The notes under the pieces were generated by a model that ran no database searches, was not told the DNA's origin, and worked only from the letters and a program-made list of their open reading frames with translations. A DNA stretch of 64,000 bases. Origin: Candidatus Levyibacteriota bacterium. GTDB taxonomy: Bacteria; Patescibacteriota; Microgenomatia; Levybacterales; UBA12049. The translations under genes were made by a program, and so were the position numbers. This document shows positions 17,630 through 27,669 of this stretch, in pieces; position 1 is the stretch's first letter, and each line of letters begins with the position of its first letter. The DNA is taken from NCBI GenBank assembly GCA_038254115.1, contig JBBSGK010000001.1, positions 67,778 to 131,777 on the forward strand, written 5' to 3'.

Positions 17630-18898
17630 TCAATACTCCAATATAGGAAATTGTTTAAGTGAATCTACCGCCTCTTTAAGATTGTAAGCGCTTTCACTAT
17701 AAAGCGTATATATAGGTTTTCCGGCTATTACTTCCTCACCAATTTTTTTATCAAGATATATACCGCTTTTTTTCTGAGCTGGCGCGCCCAAAATTTTGGC
17801 GATTGCGGTTATATATCTGCTATCTACTTTTTTAACGACACCATGTATTTTGGATAAAACCACATGTGAATGATTTCCCGGTTTCATATCTTTGCTCATT
17901 ATACCAGATTCACCGCCTTGGGCTTTTATTATTTGTTTCATTTTCAAATGAGCATGCCCGTTGGACAAGATGTATTCAGCCCATTTGTGTCCTGTTCCAA
18001 ATTCTTTTTTAATTCTGTTATTTAGGGAGTTTGATGCATCTTTTAGGCAAAGATCCAAGAGGGCGCCTGCAAGATGCACCGCTTTTTGCTCAAGATCTAC
18101 CGGTCTATCAGGATTTTGCTCAAGAACCATCATTGCGTCCCGCGCTTCAAGAAGAGGGCCGATTCCCCGGCCGGCCGGTTGTTCTGTATTATGAATTAAA
18201 ATTTTTATTTTAACGTTGAATTTATGAGCCAAATACTCAAATTTTCTTTTGACCTCTTCAGCGTCCCTAAGTGAATGAACCTTTACGTGTTCGCCGTATG
18301 GTAAATCAATAACGATGTGATTTGACCCGAAAGCGATTTTCTTTGCCATTATTGAAACCAAAATCTTATCAAAACTCTCAAGGCCTAGTGGTTCTTCTAC
18401 TTTTATCAACTCATCATCCGCTGGTGCTATATCGACTCCTCCTCCCCATACGATGCATGCGTTTGTTTTATCGACAATTCTATAAATATGTTCTTTATCA
18501 AATGTCACAGGACTTATGACTTCCATATCATCCGCAGTCCCGCCAGGAGTTGTAATTGCGCGGCTTGAGCTTTTGGGAATTGTAAATCCTGCTGCAGCAA
18601 CAATGGGCACGACGATCATGGTCGTTCTGGTACCAGGTACTCCTCCTATTGAATGTTTGTCGGCAACCAGACCTTTGAATTTGAGTGTTTCGCCCGTTTT
18701 GATCATCGCCTCTGTTAGAAAATAGAGTTCTTCATTGTTAAATCCTTGTGCGTATCCTGAGGCTGCGAAATAAGTCGTAAGAACTGTGCCCAATTGATGG
18801 CGGCTAATCTCATCCATGACCGCGAAAATTTGTTGGTAGTTTAGTCTCTTTCCGCCTAGTTTGGTTTGAATGGCATCAACTGCTTTCTGATCAATCAT
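17630..18898 (-). CDS. AMP phosphorylase / thymidine phosphorylase family (archaeal-type, N-terminally short)
   Basis: DKHSIGGVPGTRTT, IPKSSSRAITTPGGTAD, IAPADD, SIMAKK. Confidence 0.88.
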   Translation of the reverse strand: MIDQKAVDAIQTKLGGKRLNYQQIFAVMDEISRHQLGTVLTTYFAASGYAQGFNNEELYFLTEAMIKTGETLKFKGLVADKHSIGGVPGTRTTMIVVPIVAAAGFTIPKSSSRAITTPGGTADDMEVISPVTFDKEHIYRIVDKTNACIVWGGGVDIAPADDELIKVEEPLGLESFDKILVSIMAKKIAFGSNHIVIDLPYGEHVKVHSLRDAEEVKRKFEYLAHKFNVKIKILIHNTEQPAGRGIGPLLEARDAMMVLEQNPDRPVDLEQKAVHLAGALLDLCLKDASNSLNNRIKKEFGTGHKWAEYILSNGHAHLKMKQIIKAQGGESGIMSKDMKPGNHSHVVLSKIHGVVKKVDSRYITAIAKILGAPAQKKSGIYLDKKIGEEVIAGKPIYTLYSESAYNLKEAVDSLKQFPILEY

Positions 18899-19058
18899 AA
18901 TAATTATTCGCCTTTTATCATGGCAATTGCGTTTTTAAAGAAGTACTTGATAATGCCTAAAATGAAATAAAAAGTAGAATTAAGTACACGGTAAATAAAC
19001 GGCCAAATCTTACGTAAAAAAATTATAAATTTTGATTGCTGAGAATTTTCTTCCATAT

Positions 19059-19790
19059 TTATGATTTTTCGAGTTTTGATTTAACTATCAATCTTTTCCA
19101 AGTCGTACCAGGGGGTGTACAAGTAACAATATCAAGATAATTTGAATCGTAGCCTTGTGTCAAATAGGACGTATCCTCAGGCTCGGTAATTAGCATAGTA
19201 AAAATTTTATATGTATACAAAGTATTATTTGCACTTACGATAATATTGTCTCCAATGCTGAGTTGATGTATATTGGCAAAAATGGTTTTGTAATTTTTGC
19301 TGTCATAAAGCTGAGGTAGCGTTGAATGGCCAAAGACAGCAGCAGTTCCCTTATTCGGCGGAATCGCAGTGCCCGGGAAATGGACAAGATGAGAGGAAAG
19401 ATCCGTATCAACCGTTGAAACAATCGCATTTTCTATATTCAATTTTGGTATAGATATAAAATAAGTTGACACATTCTCAACAGTAGATGTCTCTTTATAT
19501 GTAGGCGGAAGCCAATTTGCAGCATTATTATAATCAATTCCGGACAAATTATTTGTGGTGTTCGCAATAAGACTTCCCATATAATCTTTACTTAAAATTG
19601 TATTTTTAGGAATTGGTGAAGCGTAAGATTTAGTTGAAAATTCAGGACTTATGTAAATCTCCCACGATAGCAATGGAAAAAATATATATAATCCGATCAC
19701 AAAACCGATAATAGAAATACCAAGTCCTAAGAAGCGCACCATTTTTTTGACATTTTTTTTCTTTGTTTTTTTGTAAACGTGATTACTCAT
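19059..19790 (-). CDS. Sortase
   Basis: N-terminal TM, ISIPKLNI, FGHS, IVTCTPPG..KRLIV (His/Cys/Arg triad). Confidence 0.9.
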   Translation of the reverse strand: MSNHVYKKTKKKNVKKMVRFLGLGISIIGFVIGLYIFFPLLSWEIYISPEFSTKSYASPIPKNTILSKDYMGSLIANTTNNLSGIDYNNAANWLPPTYKETSTVENVSTYFISIPKLNIENAIVSTVDTDLSSHLVHFPGTAIPPNKGTAAVFGHSTLPQLYDSKNYKTIFANIHQLSIGDNIIVSANNTLYTYKIFTMLITEPEDTSYLTQGYDSNYLDIVTCTPPGTTWKRLIVKSKLEKS

Positions 19791-22101
19791 TGGGTTTAAC
19801 AATTATGCTTATATTCTTAGGAAGCATCGGGAAAAGACTGGATAGAAACAAAATATTTGGAGAGAACTTTATTTCAGATTCGGCAATTTGGGGAAGGCTA
19901 TTCAAAATCTCTTTTGCATTTTTTGGAGATTTATTTTTCAATTTGCTAACTACTTCATTGTTGTCAATTTTTGGAAGAAGGCCAGTAGTGATTTTAAGCT
20001 TTGCAGAAATCTCATTGTCATTTTTTATTTTTGAGTCTTTAACTTCATTTTTCAAACTCTTGTCAGCAAAGCTTATGTCTTGTGAATAATGATCTTTTAA
20101 AACAGATTTATCATAGTTTTCCAAATCATCATTTTGATAACTCATCCCATCAAAACTCACCGTTGCCACTAATTTAACTTCCTTTGCTTCATCATCCACT
20201 CCCTTGTCAAATTTTGTTTTTCCTAATGTGATTTTTGAGAAACCCGGAAGAAGAGTCTCACTGGGCCCGATTTTTTTTGAAAGCTCATCCGCTGCTTTTT
20301 TTTCAAGACTTTTGGGTAAGTCCGATTTTAATTTTGCAAGATCAGCTGCACTTACAACTGTTATATTCTTTTTACTTCCTCCCGAAAAAGCGCTGTCATT
20401 TTTTCCGGCAAGACTGCTGTTGCTGCCGATCGCAAATTTTGCATTTGATGGAAGATTTGATTCAGTACCCAAATCTTTTGCAGTTACACCTACCTGAGCA
20501 GTTCCCGGTTTGGTTCCTGAAAAAATATCACCCGATGCTGACGCGATGTTTATATCCTTATCAGTTGTAAAAATTATTCCGTTACTTGATTTAAGACTTG
20601 TCCCGCTGCTAAGTTGGACAGGGTTTTCAGAATTATTATAAATGGTTACACTGCCTTTAGCTTTATTTCCTGCGTCTTTCTTACCGGTTGCAGGAGTGGA
20701 TAATTCGCCGTCAATATCCGTTGAAATACTGTGCGCGGCAATGATATTTTTGGAAAAATCATTCGCGCCTGTTGTTGAAAAAGTGACATTGGAGTCTTGT
20801 GTAACAATTTTGGGTTTAACAGTTAGGATTATTTGAGCTTTTACGCTATAAAAATAAAATAGGGATAAAGCGACAACAAATATTAAAATAGCGCCAATAA
20901 TTATAAGAGGAAGTTTCAAGCTTTTATTTTTGGCAAAAAAATTAGAAACGCTTTTTATCCTTGGAAATGAAAATTGGGGCACCATAGCTAATGCACCCGC
21001 GAACGTGCTATTCTTTTCTCTTTTGGATTTTGGGGTATTATCGTTTTCATAAGTATTTATTTCAGCGTTTGTGCCATTTAAGTTTACATTAGATTCTTCA
21101 CCGGAAATAGTTTCATTTTTTTGTACTTCAATTTTCGGCGATTGATCAATAGCTTCATCTGCTGCAATTTCCACCACACTTTCTTTGACCGACTGTTTGG
21201 CAATATCCTGATCTTGAACAAAACCAAAATTGCCGGGCTCCGCAGGAGATGGGGTAGTAGGCTCGATATATTTTTCCTCTTGGATTTGATCATTTTTATC
21301 CAGTAAATTTTCGTCAGATTGTACTTTTTCCAGCAATCCGAGTATCTCAAATCCCATTTGTTGGCCGGCTCCATATGTTACCGCTCGGGTATCATAGTCT
21401 TTGGGTAAAACGCTTACAAGCGGCGGGTGTAGAAAAGGTAAGCTTTTACTCCATTCGTGATTTATGAAATGATGAGACAATTCCTTGGCATCTTTTGTGT
21501 GGAAAAGCAGAATTTTAGTTGGTAGCACTGCAGCGGTAAAATTTTTGAGCAGTGAATCAACTGTCGCAGGAATAGAGTGCGCAATTAAGCCTGAAATCGA
21601 TTCACTTACTTTTCCCCCCCTGAAAAGGGTGAGGTGAGCTGTTTTTTTGCCTACATCAATCAAAATAGCCGATAGAGGAGATCCTTCCTCATGCGCCAAT
21701 AAATTTGCAATAGCTTCATTTATTACTATAAAGCCAATTGGATTTAGATCAAGCTCATCACATACTTTTTTGAGTTTTATAAGGTATTCTTTTTTTATTT
21801 TTTTAGATTCAGTATCTACCCAATTTTCTTTTACACCAAAAATTGTTTTGTGAGTTTCTATATTTGGAGGTAAAACTTCCTCCGCTTTTGAGATAGTTTT
21901 GTCGATGAGCGTTATTAGTTCATCTTGCGGGATGGTTTCCAGAGTTAATTCGAAGTGCTCAGTATGTTTACCGACAATTTTTAGTTTCCCCTCCTCTTCT
22001 TCCAGAATTACACTGCTTGTTTTTTCATAATCCAAAATAAGCGCCAGGTAATACCCTTTGTCTTTACCCTTTTTATTTAAAAATGGAATAGGCAGCTTCA
22101 T
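19783..22101 (-). CDS. Bitopic membrane protein with FtsA/actin-like N-terminal part and baseplate J/gp47-like extracellular part
   Basis: ILIDVGKK-type strand; single TM; ATGKKDAGNKAKGSVTIYN, VTA...GTESNLP, FSGG motifs. Confidence 0.6.
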   Translation of the reverse strand: MKLPIPFLNKKGKDKGYYLALILDYEKTSSVILEEEEGKLKIVGKHTEHFELTLETIPQDELITLIDKTISKAEEVLPPNIETHKTIFGVKENWVDTESKKIKKEYLIKLKKVCDELDLNPIGFIVINEAIANLLAHEEGSPLSAILIDVGKKTAHLTLFRGGKVSESISGLIAHSIPATVDSLLKNFTAAVLPTKILLFHTKDAKELSHHFINHEWSKSLPFLHPPLVSVLPKDYDTRAVTYGAGQQMGFEILGLLEKVQSDENLLDKNDQIQEEKYIEPTTPSPAEPGNFGFVQDQDIAKQSVKESVVEIAADEAIDQSPKIEVQKNETISGEESNVNLNGTNAEINTYENDNTPKSKREKNSTFAGALAMVPQFSFPRIKSVSNFFAKNKSLKLPLIIIGAILIFVVALSLFYFYSVKAQIILTVKPKIVTQDSNVTFSTTGANDFSKNIIAAHSISTDIDGELSTPATGKKDAGNKAKGSVTIYNNSENPVQLSSGTSLKSSNGIIFTTDKDINIASASGDIFSGTKPGTAQVGVTAKDLGTESNLPSNAKFAIGSNSSLAGKNDSAFSGGSKKNITVVSAADLAKLKSDLPKSLEKKAADELSKKIGPSETLLPGFSKITLGKTKFDKGVDDEAKEVKLVATVSFDGMSYQNDDLENYDKSVLKDHYSQDISFADKSLKNEVKDSKIKNDNEISAKLKITTGLLPKIDNNEVVSKLKNKSPKNAKEILNSLPQIAESEIKFSPNILFLSSLFPMLPKNISIIVKPNE

Positions 22102-22118
22102 ACAAATTTATATTTCAA

Positions 22119-24002
22119 TCAAAATTGACCAACAGTTGCATAAATTCTCCGTTGTTTGTTACCGATATTTTCCTGCCTTATAATCTTAAACGATTTTAAC
22201 TTTGATGTAAAATCAACATGAGGTCCTCCACAGAACTCAATTGAATATACTTCTCTCAGATTCTTGGAATCGCCTCCGATAAAATAAATTTTGGATGTAT
22301 CTTGATAAGTATCTGTAAATAATCCGATTGCCCCCATTTTTCCGGCCGTTTCTGTCGGAATCATTTCAAAATGAACCGGTAAATTCTCCTTTATCTTTTT
22401 TATCACTGTTTGTTCCAACTGCTTTATCTCATCATCCGTCAACTTACGGTCAAAGTTAAAATCAAATCTTACCCGCTCGGTTGTGATATTGGATCCTGTC
22501 TGGTGAAGTTGTTTTCCAAACATATCACGAAGCGCCTGATGCACAAGATGAGTTGCGGTGTGTCCCATGATTGTCCGTTCCTGATGGTCTGCAAGCCCGC
22601 CTTTAAATTTTTGTCCTGCCCCCGCTTTTGATAAATCTTTATGACCTTTCATCTTTTCAGCAAATGCTTTTTCATCAAAAGTGTATCCTAGGCTTTTAAT
22701 TTGTGTAGGAGATAGTCCATGAGTTGTATAAATAATAAACGTATCTTCTGCTGAAATTTCAATTGATCCCATTAGTTCGTCTTCAGTTTGTTTGGACGGT
22801 GGATATTTTTTAATCAAAAATAACTGGGCCCTCGTCAAGCTTTGCTGATATTTATTTGTTTCCTCAAGAATTGTATTCTTAATATTTTCAAAATTTGTTA
22901 CTAGGTCAGGATCTGTTTCTTTATATTGGTCAACTATTATTTCAATAATTTGATCTAGACCATGCCTGCCGGCAGGCAGGTTTTTTCCCTCCAATTTATT
23001 AATACTGTCAATAGATCTTCTTATCAACCGCCTTAAAATATACCCTTGTTCGGTGTTTGAGGGATTTACGCCTGCGTTAACTATAAATACGCTTGATGAG
23101 AGATGCGCAGTGATCATGCGCATTTCGCGAATATTTTCCTGATATTTTTTGCCTGATAGTTTTTCAACAGATTGAATAACAGGTTTGAATAAGGAAGTTA
23201 AAAAAACATCGGATTGATTTTCAGCCGCCATTAACAACCGCTCAACACCTGCTCCATGATCGACATTCCTTTGGGGAAGCTTGGCAAAACTGCCATCGTT
23301 TTGTTTTATAAATTCCATAAAAACATTATTACTGATTTCGAGATAACGTCCGCAGTCACAATTGATATGGCATTTATAATTTCTATATTGAGAATTTTCG
23401 TGAAGTTTTAATTCCGCTCCGAAGTCATAAAAAATTTCACTATCAGGTCCACCCAATTCACCTGAGGGCATGTTTTCCGGTACTCCCGCTCTTGACCACC
23501 AGTTTTTTTCGGGACCATAGGGAAATATTTTGCTTTTCGGATCCAACCCAATTCCGTTAAATATTTCAGTCCAGATTGAAATTGCTTCCTGATCTTTTGG
23601 AAATTCTTTATACTCATCAAAAACACTAACATAAATTTTCTTCGGATCAATTCCCAAATCTTTTGTGATATATTCAAAAATCCAGTTAAGCTGTTCTTTT
23701 TTGAAATAGTCACCCAGTGACCAATTGCCAATCATTCTAAAAAAAGTAAGGTGCCTGTTGTCGCCGACTTCATCAATGTCATCAAGCGCTCCTTGACCCC
23801 GAAAAACATTCTGGACATTAACAAATCTTTTCCCCTGCGGATGCGGCTCCCCAGCAAGATATGGAATGAGTGGCTGCATGCCGGAGTTGGTAAAAAGTGT
23901 TGTCGGGTCGTTAAGTGGCACAAGAGGAGAGTTGGGGATTTTTTTATGCCCCCTTTTTTCAAAAAATTTTATATATTTATCAATAATATCAAACGCCGTC
24001 AT
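22119..24002 (-). CDS. alaS: Alanine--tRNA ligase (aminoacylation + editing domains, no C-Ala)
   Basis: DPTTLFTNSGMQP, HLTFFRMIGNWSLGDYFK, GYILRRLIRR, HTATH, EFCGGPHV. Confidence 0.96.
   Translation of the reverse strand: MTAFDIIDKYIKFFEKRGHKKIPNSPLVPLNDPTTLFTNSGMQPLIPYLAGEPHPQGKRFVNVQNVFRGQGALDDIDEVGDNRHLTFFRMIGNWSLGDYFKKEQLNWIFEYITKDLGIDPKKIYVSVFDEYKEFPKDQEAISIWTEIFNGIGLDPKSKIFPYGPEKNWWSRAGVPENMPSGELGGPDSEIFYDFGAELKLHENSQYRNYKCHINCDCGRYLEISNNVFMEFIKQNDGSFAKLPQRNVDHGAGVERLLMAAENQSDVFLTSLFKPVIQSVEKLSGKKYQENIREMRMITAHLSSSVFIVNAGVNPSNTEQGYILRRLIRRSIDSINKLEGKNLPAGRHGLDQIIEIIVDQYKETDPDLVTNFENIKNTILEETNKYQQSLTRAQLFLIKKYPPSKQTEDELMGSIEISAEDTFIIYTTHGLSPTQIKSLGYTFDEKAFAEKMKGHKDLSKAGAGQKFKGGLADHQERTIMGHTATHLVHQALRDMFGKQLHQTGSNITTERVRFDFNFDRKLTDDEIKQLEQTVIKKIKENLPVHFEMIPTETAGKMGAIGLFTDTYQDTSKIYFIGGDSKNLREVYSIEFCGGPHVDFTSKLKSFKIIRQENIGNKQRRIYATVGQF
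22960..22980. repeat. 21-nt palindromic element inserted in frame in alaS (LPAGRHG)
   Basis: Perfect 16-bp palindrome tgcctgccggcaggca (22963-22978) in AT-rich context. Confidence 0.75.
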
Positions 24003-24059
24003 ACTGCATAATTATAGCATGAATTATTGTCCGGGATAAGTTATGGGGTTATGGGGTGC

Positions 24060-24293
24060 CTATCTACCTTTTGACCTGATTATTACGGTTTCGCTAGCTG
24101 GCCTAGTACGTAAGCGAGCGTTTCTTTCTGTCTGGTCAACTTCTCTAAGATCGTCTTTAAGTCTTTTAAGTCCTGGGCTATTGGGTTTTAATCCCAGCCA
24201 ATCACTTAAATTTCGACCTAATCTTATTCCTGGCATCTCAATAACACGAGAAGCAGGTGGGGTTTGCGAAGACACATTTCTCTCAATAGCCAT
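24060..24293 (-). CDS. Hypothetical protein
   Basis: 77-aa ORF filling the alaS-glgA gap, ATG start with a -10-like box just upstream. Confidence 0.55.
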   Translation of the reverse strand: MAIERNVSSQTPPASRVIEMPGIRLGRNLSDWLGLKPNSPGLKRLKDDLREVDQTERNARLRTRPASETVIIRSKGR

Positions 24294-24360
24294 AAACTTA
24301 TATTATCATAGAATTTCGATAAATCAAGTTTCAAGTTAGTTTTTATGGTATTATGTAGTC

Positions 24361-25869
24361 ATGAATATTCTATTTGTTTCGGCTGAAGTTGCCCCTTTTG
24401 TATCTGTGGGAGGATTGTCCCAAGTTATGCGTTTTTTGCCTCAATCCCTCATAAAGTTGGGTCATGATGTCCGTGTATTTACTCCAAAATACGGGACGAT
24501 GGATGAGACGCTTCCTAAAAAAAAGTGGGAGCTTTCAACGGAATTTAGCCAATTAGTTCTGCCTGTTGAAGACACACCTGATACAGGAAAGACTTTGATT
24601 TGCAATGTAAAATCATACAAAGATAAGAAGGAAAAAATTACCGCTTATTTTCTTGAGAACCGAGAATATTATGAACTCCGTGCCAATGTTTACGGTTATA
24701 AAGATGATCACATCCGATTTGCGCTTTTATCAAAAGGAGCGCTTGAATGGCTATATCAGACCCGGGAAAAAACTGATTGGTGGCCTGATATCATCCATTG
24801 TAATGATTGGCATACTGGATATCTAGTTGATTTTGCAAGAAGGAGTTCAAGATATGCACATGTTTTTAATAAAACATCTTTTGTTTTTACTGTCCATAAT
24901 TTTTCATTGCAGGGAAACTACGATTTCCGCTACGGTGTAAAGGAAGACTATGATAATGGAGAATCAAAACTGGCTCCTATACTTTCACCAAAACTTCAGG
25001 CCCAAAATCCGCTGAAACGGGGACTTCTTTATTCAGATGCCATTAACACAGTAAGCCAGACTCACGCGGTTGAGGTGATGACCCCGGAATACGCTGCGGG
25101 CTTGAGCGATGAACTTCAAGTTGTCCGTGGCAAGCTTACAGGGATACTCAATGGACTTGATACAAATAAATTTAATCCCAAAACAGATAAGTTAATAAAA
25201 AAACAATATGATGTCAGCTCAGGTATTCGCGCGCGGAAAGACAATAAAAAAGAATTACAAAAGTTGTTTGATTTACCTGTTGATACAAAAAGTCCTCTTC
25301 TATCTTTCAGCGGCCGGTTGGTTGAGCAGAAAGGAATAGATCTAATTATTAAAGTACTGCCGCATCTTTTCCAGGAAAGACCTGATGTGCAGCTGGTTGT
25401 CCTTGGCAGCGGTACGGAGAGGTATAGACTTGAATTAACTGTCCTCCAGAAAAAATTTCCGATGCAGGTTGGTCTTCATCTCCGTCCTGATTTTACGATG
25501 CCCCGGAAAATATTTGCAGGCTCCGATATGATGCTAATTCCAAGTATATTTGAACCGGGTGGAATTATAGCTCTTGAGGCAATGAGATATGGATGTGTTC
25601 CGATAGTCCGCCGGACGGGTGGACTCAATGATATTGTCGATGATTTTAATCCCAACACAAATTTGGGAAATGGATTTTCATTTAAAAGTGTTGATTCATG
25701 GGCGCTTTATGGTGCGATAATTGAGTCACTCACTATATATAATGCCCCGTCTTTATGGAAGGAGCTGGTCAAAAATTGCATGCTGTCTGATTTTTCCTGG
25801 AATCATGCAGCAAAAGAATATGATGCGTGGTACAAAACAGTAATTGAAGACAAAAATTCACATGAATAA
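24361..25869 (+). CDS. glgA: Glycogen synthase (GT5)
   Basis: EVAPF.SVGGL, IHCNDWHT, GILNGLD, GRLVEQKG, PSIFEPGG, RRTGGL. Confidence 0.93.
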   Translation: MNILFVSAEVAPFVSVGGLSQVMRFLPQSLIKLGHDVRVFTPKYGTMDETLPKKKWELSTEFSQLVLPVEDTPDTGKTLICNVKSYKDKKEKITAYFLENREYYELRANVYGYKDDHIRFALLSKGALEWLYQTREKTDWWPDIIHCNDWHTGYLVDFARRSSRYAHVFNKTSFVFTVHNFSLQGNYDFRYGVKEDYDNGESKLAPILSPKLQAQNPLKRGLLYSDAINTVSQTHAVEVMTPEYAAGLSDELQVVRGKLTGILNGLDTNKFNPKTDKLIKKQYDVSSGIRARKDNKKELQKLFDLPVDTKSPLLSFSGRLVEQKGIDLIIKVLPHLFQERPDVQLVVLGSGTERYRLELTVLQKKFPMQVGLHLRPDFTMPRKIFAGSDMMLIPSIFEPGGIIALEAMRYGCVPIVRRTGGLNDIVDDFNPNTNLGNGFSFKSVDSWALYGAIIESLTIYNAPSLWKELVKNCMLSDFSWNHAAKEYDAWYKTVIEDKNSHE

Positions 25870-27538
25870 TTACTTATCTTGGTTTGAAGAATTCCGAAAG
25901 AGCGAGCATTTTAGTTTTTTACAAAAAAAGCCAATTGCTTACTTTTCGGTAGAGTATGCCCTATCTGACGTACTGCCCACTTATGCCGGAGGACTTGGAG
26001 TTTTGGCTGGAGATTATGTCCGGGAACTCGGTGATCAGAAGATACCGGCTGTTGCAATCGGACTTTTCTACCAAAATAAATATGGAGTACTCGATGTTCC
26101 CCATGCAAAGACGAATTCTGTTCCACTTAGTCCCGAGGAACAGGGGCTGCAGCCAGTAATGGATGAAGATAAAAAGCCTATCCTTGTTGCTGTTCCTATC
26201 CAGGACCGGGAAGTTTTTGTAAAAGCCTGGGTGTGGCAAAAAGATAGCATTCCTGTCTACCTACTGGACACAGATGTTGAAGAAAATTCCCACGTTGATA
26301 GGCAAATTGTGTATCAGTTGTATGACTCTGATAAAGAAACCAGATTGAAGCAGGAAATTATACTTGGAATTGGGGGATTTAGGTTACTTGAAAAACTTAA
26401 AATAGAGCCGTCAATTTATCATATGAACGAAGGTCACTCAGCTATGCTTTATTTGGAAATTATCCGCCACGAAATGCAGAAACGTAAAATCGGATTTAAA
26501 GATGCTATTTCTCTCTCAACACATCATGTTGTTTTTACAAATCATACATTGGTTGCATCGGGAAATGAAATATTCAGTAATGAATTGTTTACATTTTTAT
26601 TAAACCGGTATGCAGCAGAGCTTGAAGTTCCAATGACAGATCTTCTGGCTCTGGGTACTATCCAGGAGTCAAACAGTTTCTCAATGTCTCTGATGAGTCT
26701 TAAATTGGCTGGAAAAATAAATGCTGTGAGTACTCTTCATGCCAAAGAGGCATCCAAATCCTGGTCTGATTACAAAATTGAGTCAGTTACAAATGGCATT
26801 CATATAGCATCCTGGGATAAAGTAAAAGATAATGATTTGCCACACACCCACCAGGAAAATAAGAAAACTCTACTTGAGTATATAAAAAAAGAAACCGGAC
26901 AAATGTGGGGAGAAGATGAGTTAATGATTGGTTGGGCAAGAAGGATGGTCCGCTATAAAAGACCTCTAAGTTTGTTTGGTGATATTAGCCGCTTAAAAAA
27001 TATTACGATAAAAACACCTGTAAGAATTGTAATGGCAGGTATTGCGCATCAATCGGATGATGACGGTCGGAAAATGGTTGAGGAAATAAAAGAAATCATG
27101 CAAAAAGAGCTTCCGGATACAGCAGTGTTTTTAAATAATTATAGTGTTACTTTGGCACGCTTGCTAAATACAGGATGTGATATTTGGCTTAATACCCCGG
27201 TAATTGGTTCTGAAGCGTGCGGGACAAGCGGGATGAAAGCATCTCTAAATGGAACCCTAACAATGAGTACCAAAGACGGGTGGGTTTACGAAGTAAATAC
27301 ATCTGAAATCGGTTGGGATATAGATAGTGAAAGCGTTGAGAAAAGTATATTGGATGTGCTTGAGCACAATGTTTTGCCTATGTATTACTCTCAAGACAAA
27401 AGTCATATAGAAACACTTATGAAGAATTCCCGCAGTCTAATATTGGAAAAATTCAGTGCAACTAGAATGCTGAAAGAATATTTTGAAAAATTGTATTTGC
27501 CGACACTTACTTCCTCATATCCCCATTATTTTTCCTAA
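25862..27538 (+). CDS. glgP: Alpha-glucan (glycogen) phosphorylase
   Basis: YAGGLGVLAGD, RLKQEIILGIGG, HMNEGH, WARRMVRYKR, EACGTSGMKA. Confidence 0.93.
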   Translation: MNNYLSWFEEFRKSEHFSFLQKKPIAYFSVEYALSDVLPTYAGGLGVLAGDYVRELGDQKIPAVAIGLFYQNKYGVLDVPHAKTNSVPLSPEEQGLQPVMDEDKKPILVAVPIQDREVFVKAWVWQKDSIPVYLLDTDVEENSHVDRQIVYQLYDSDKETRLKQEIILGIGGFRLLEKLKIEPSIYHMNEGHSAMLYLEIIRHEMQKRKIGFKDAISLSTHHVVFTNHTLVASGNEIFSNELFTFLLNRYAAELEVPMTDLLALGTIQESNSFSMSLMSLKLAGKINAVSTLHAKEASKSWSDYKIESVTNGIHIASWDKVKDNDLPHTHQENKKTLLEYIKKETGQMWGEDELMIGWARRMVRYKRPLSLFGDISRLKNITIKTPVRIVMAGIAHQSDDDGRKMVEEIKEIMQKELPDTAVFLNNYSVTLARLLNTGCDIWLNTPVIGSEACGTSGMKASLNGTLTMSTKDGWVYEVNTSEIGWDIDSESVEKSILDVLEHNVLPMYYSQDKSHIETLMKNSRSLILEKFSATRMLKEYFEKLYLPTLTSSYPHYFS

Positions 27539-27669
27539 TTATTTATTTTTGCTGGTTGACAGGTTAAAGTATTGGAAACTACAATTAAGGCTAGTGGGTA
27601 GCATTAAAACACTTAATATAGTATAATTAGCTTGCATCCCCAGGAAGATTCAATTAGGAGGTAATACTT

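Noticed and set aside
19783-22101. Prophage or contractile injection system suggested by the baseplate-J-like domain
   Set aside because: No other phage structural genes; the protein is membrane-anchored and lies among housekeeping genes
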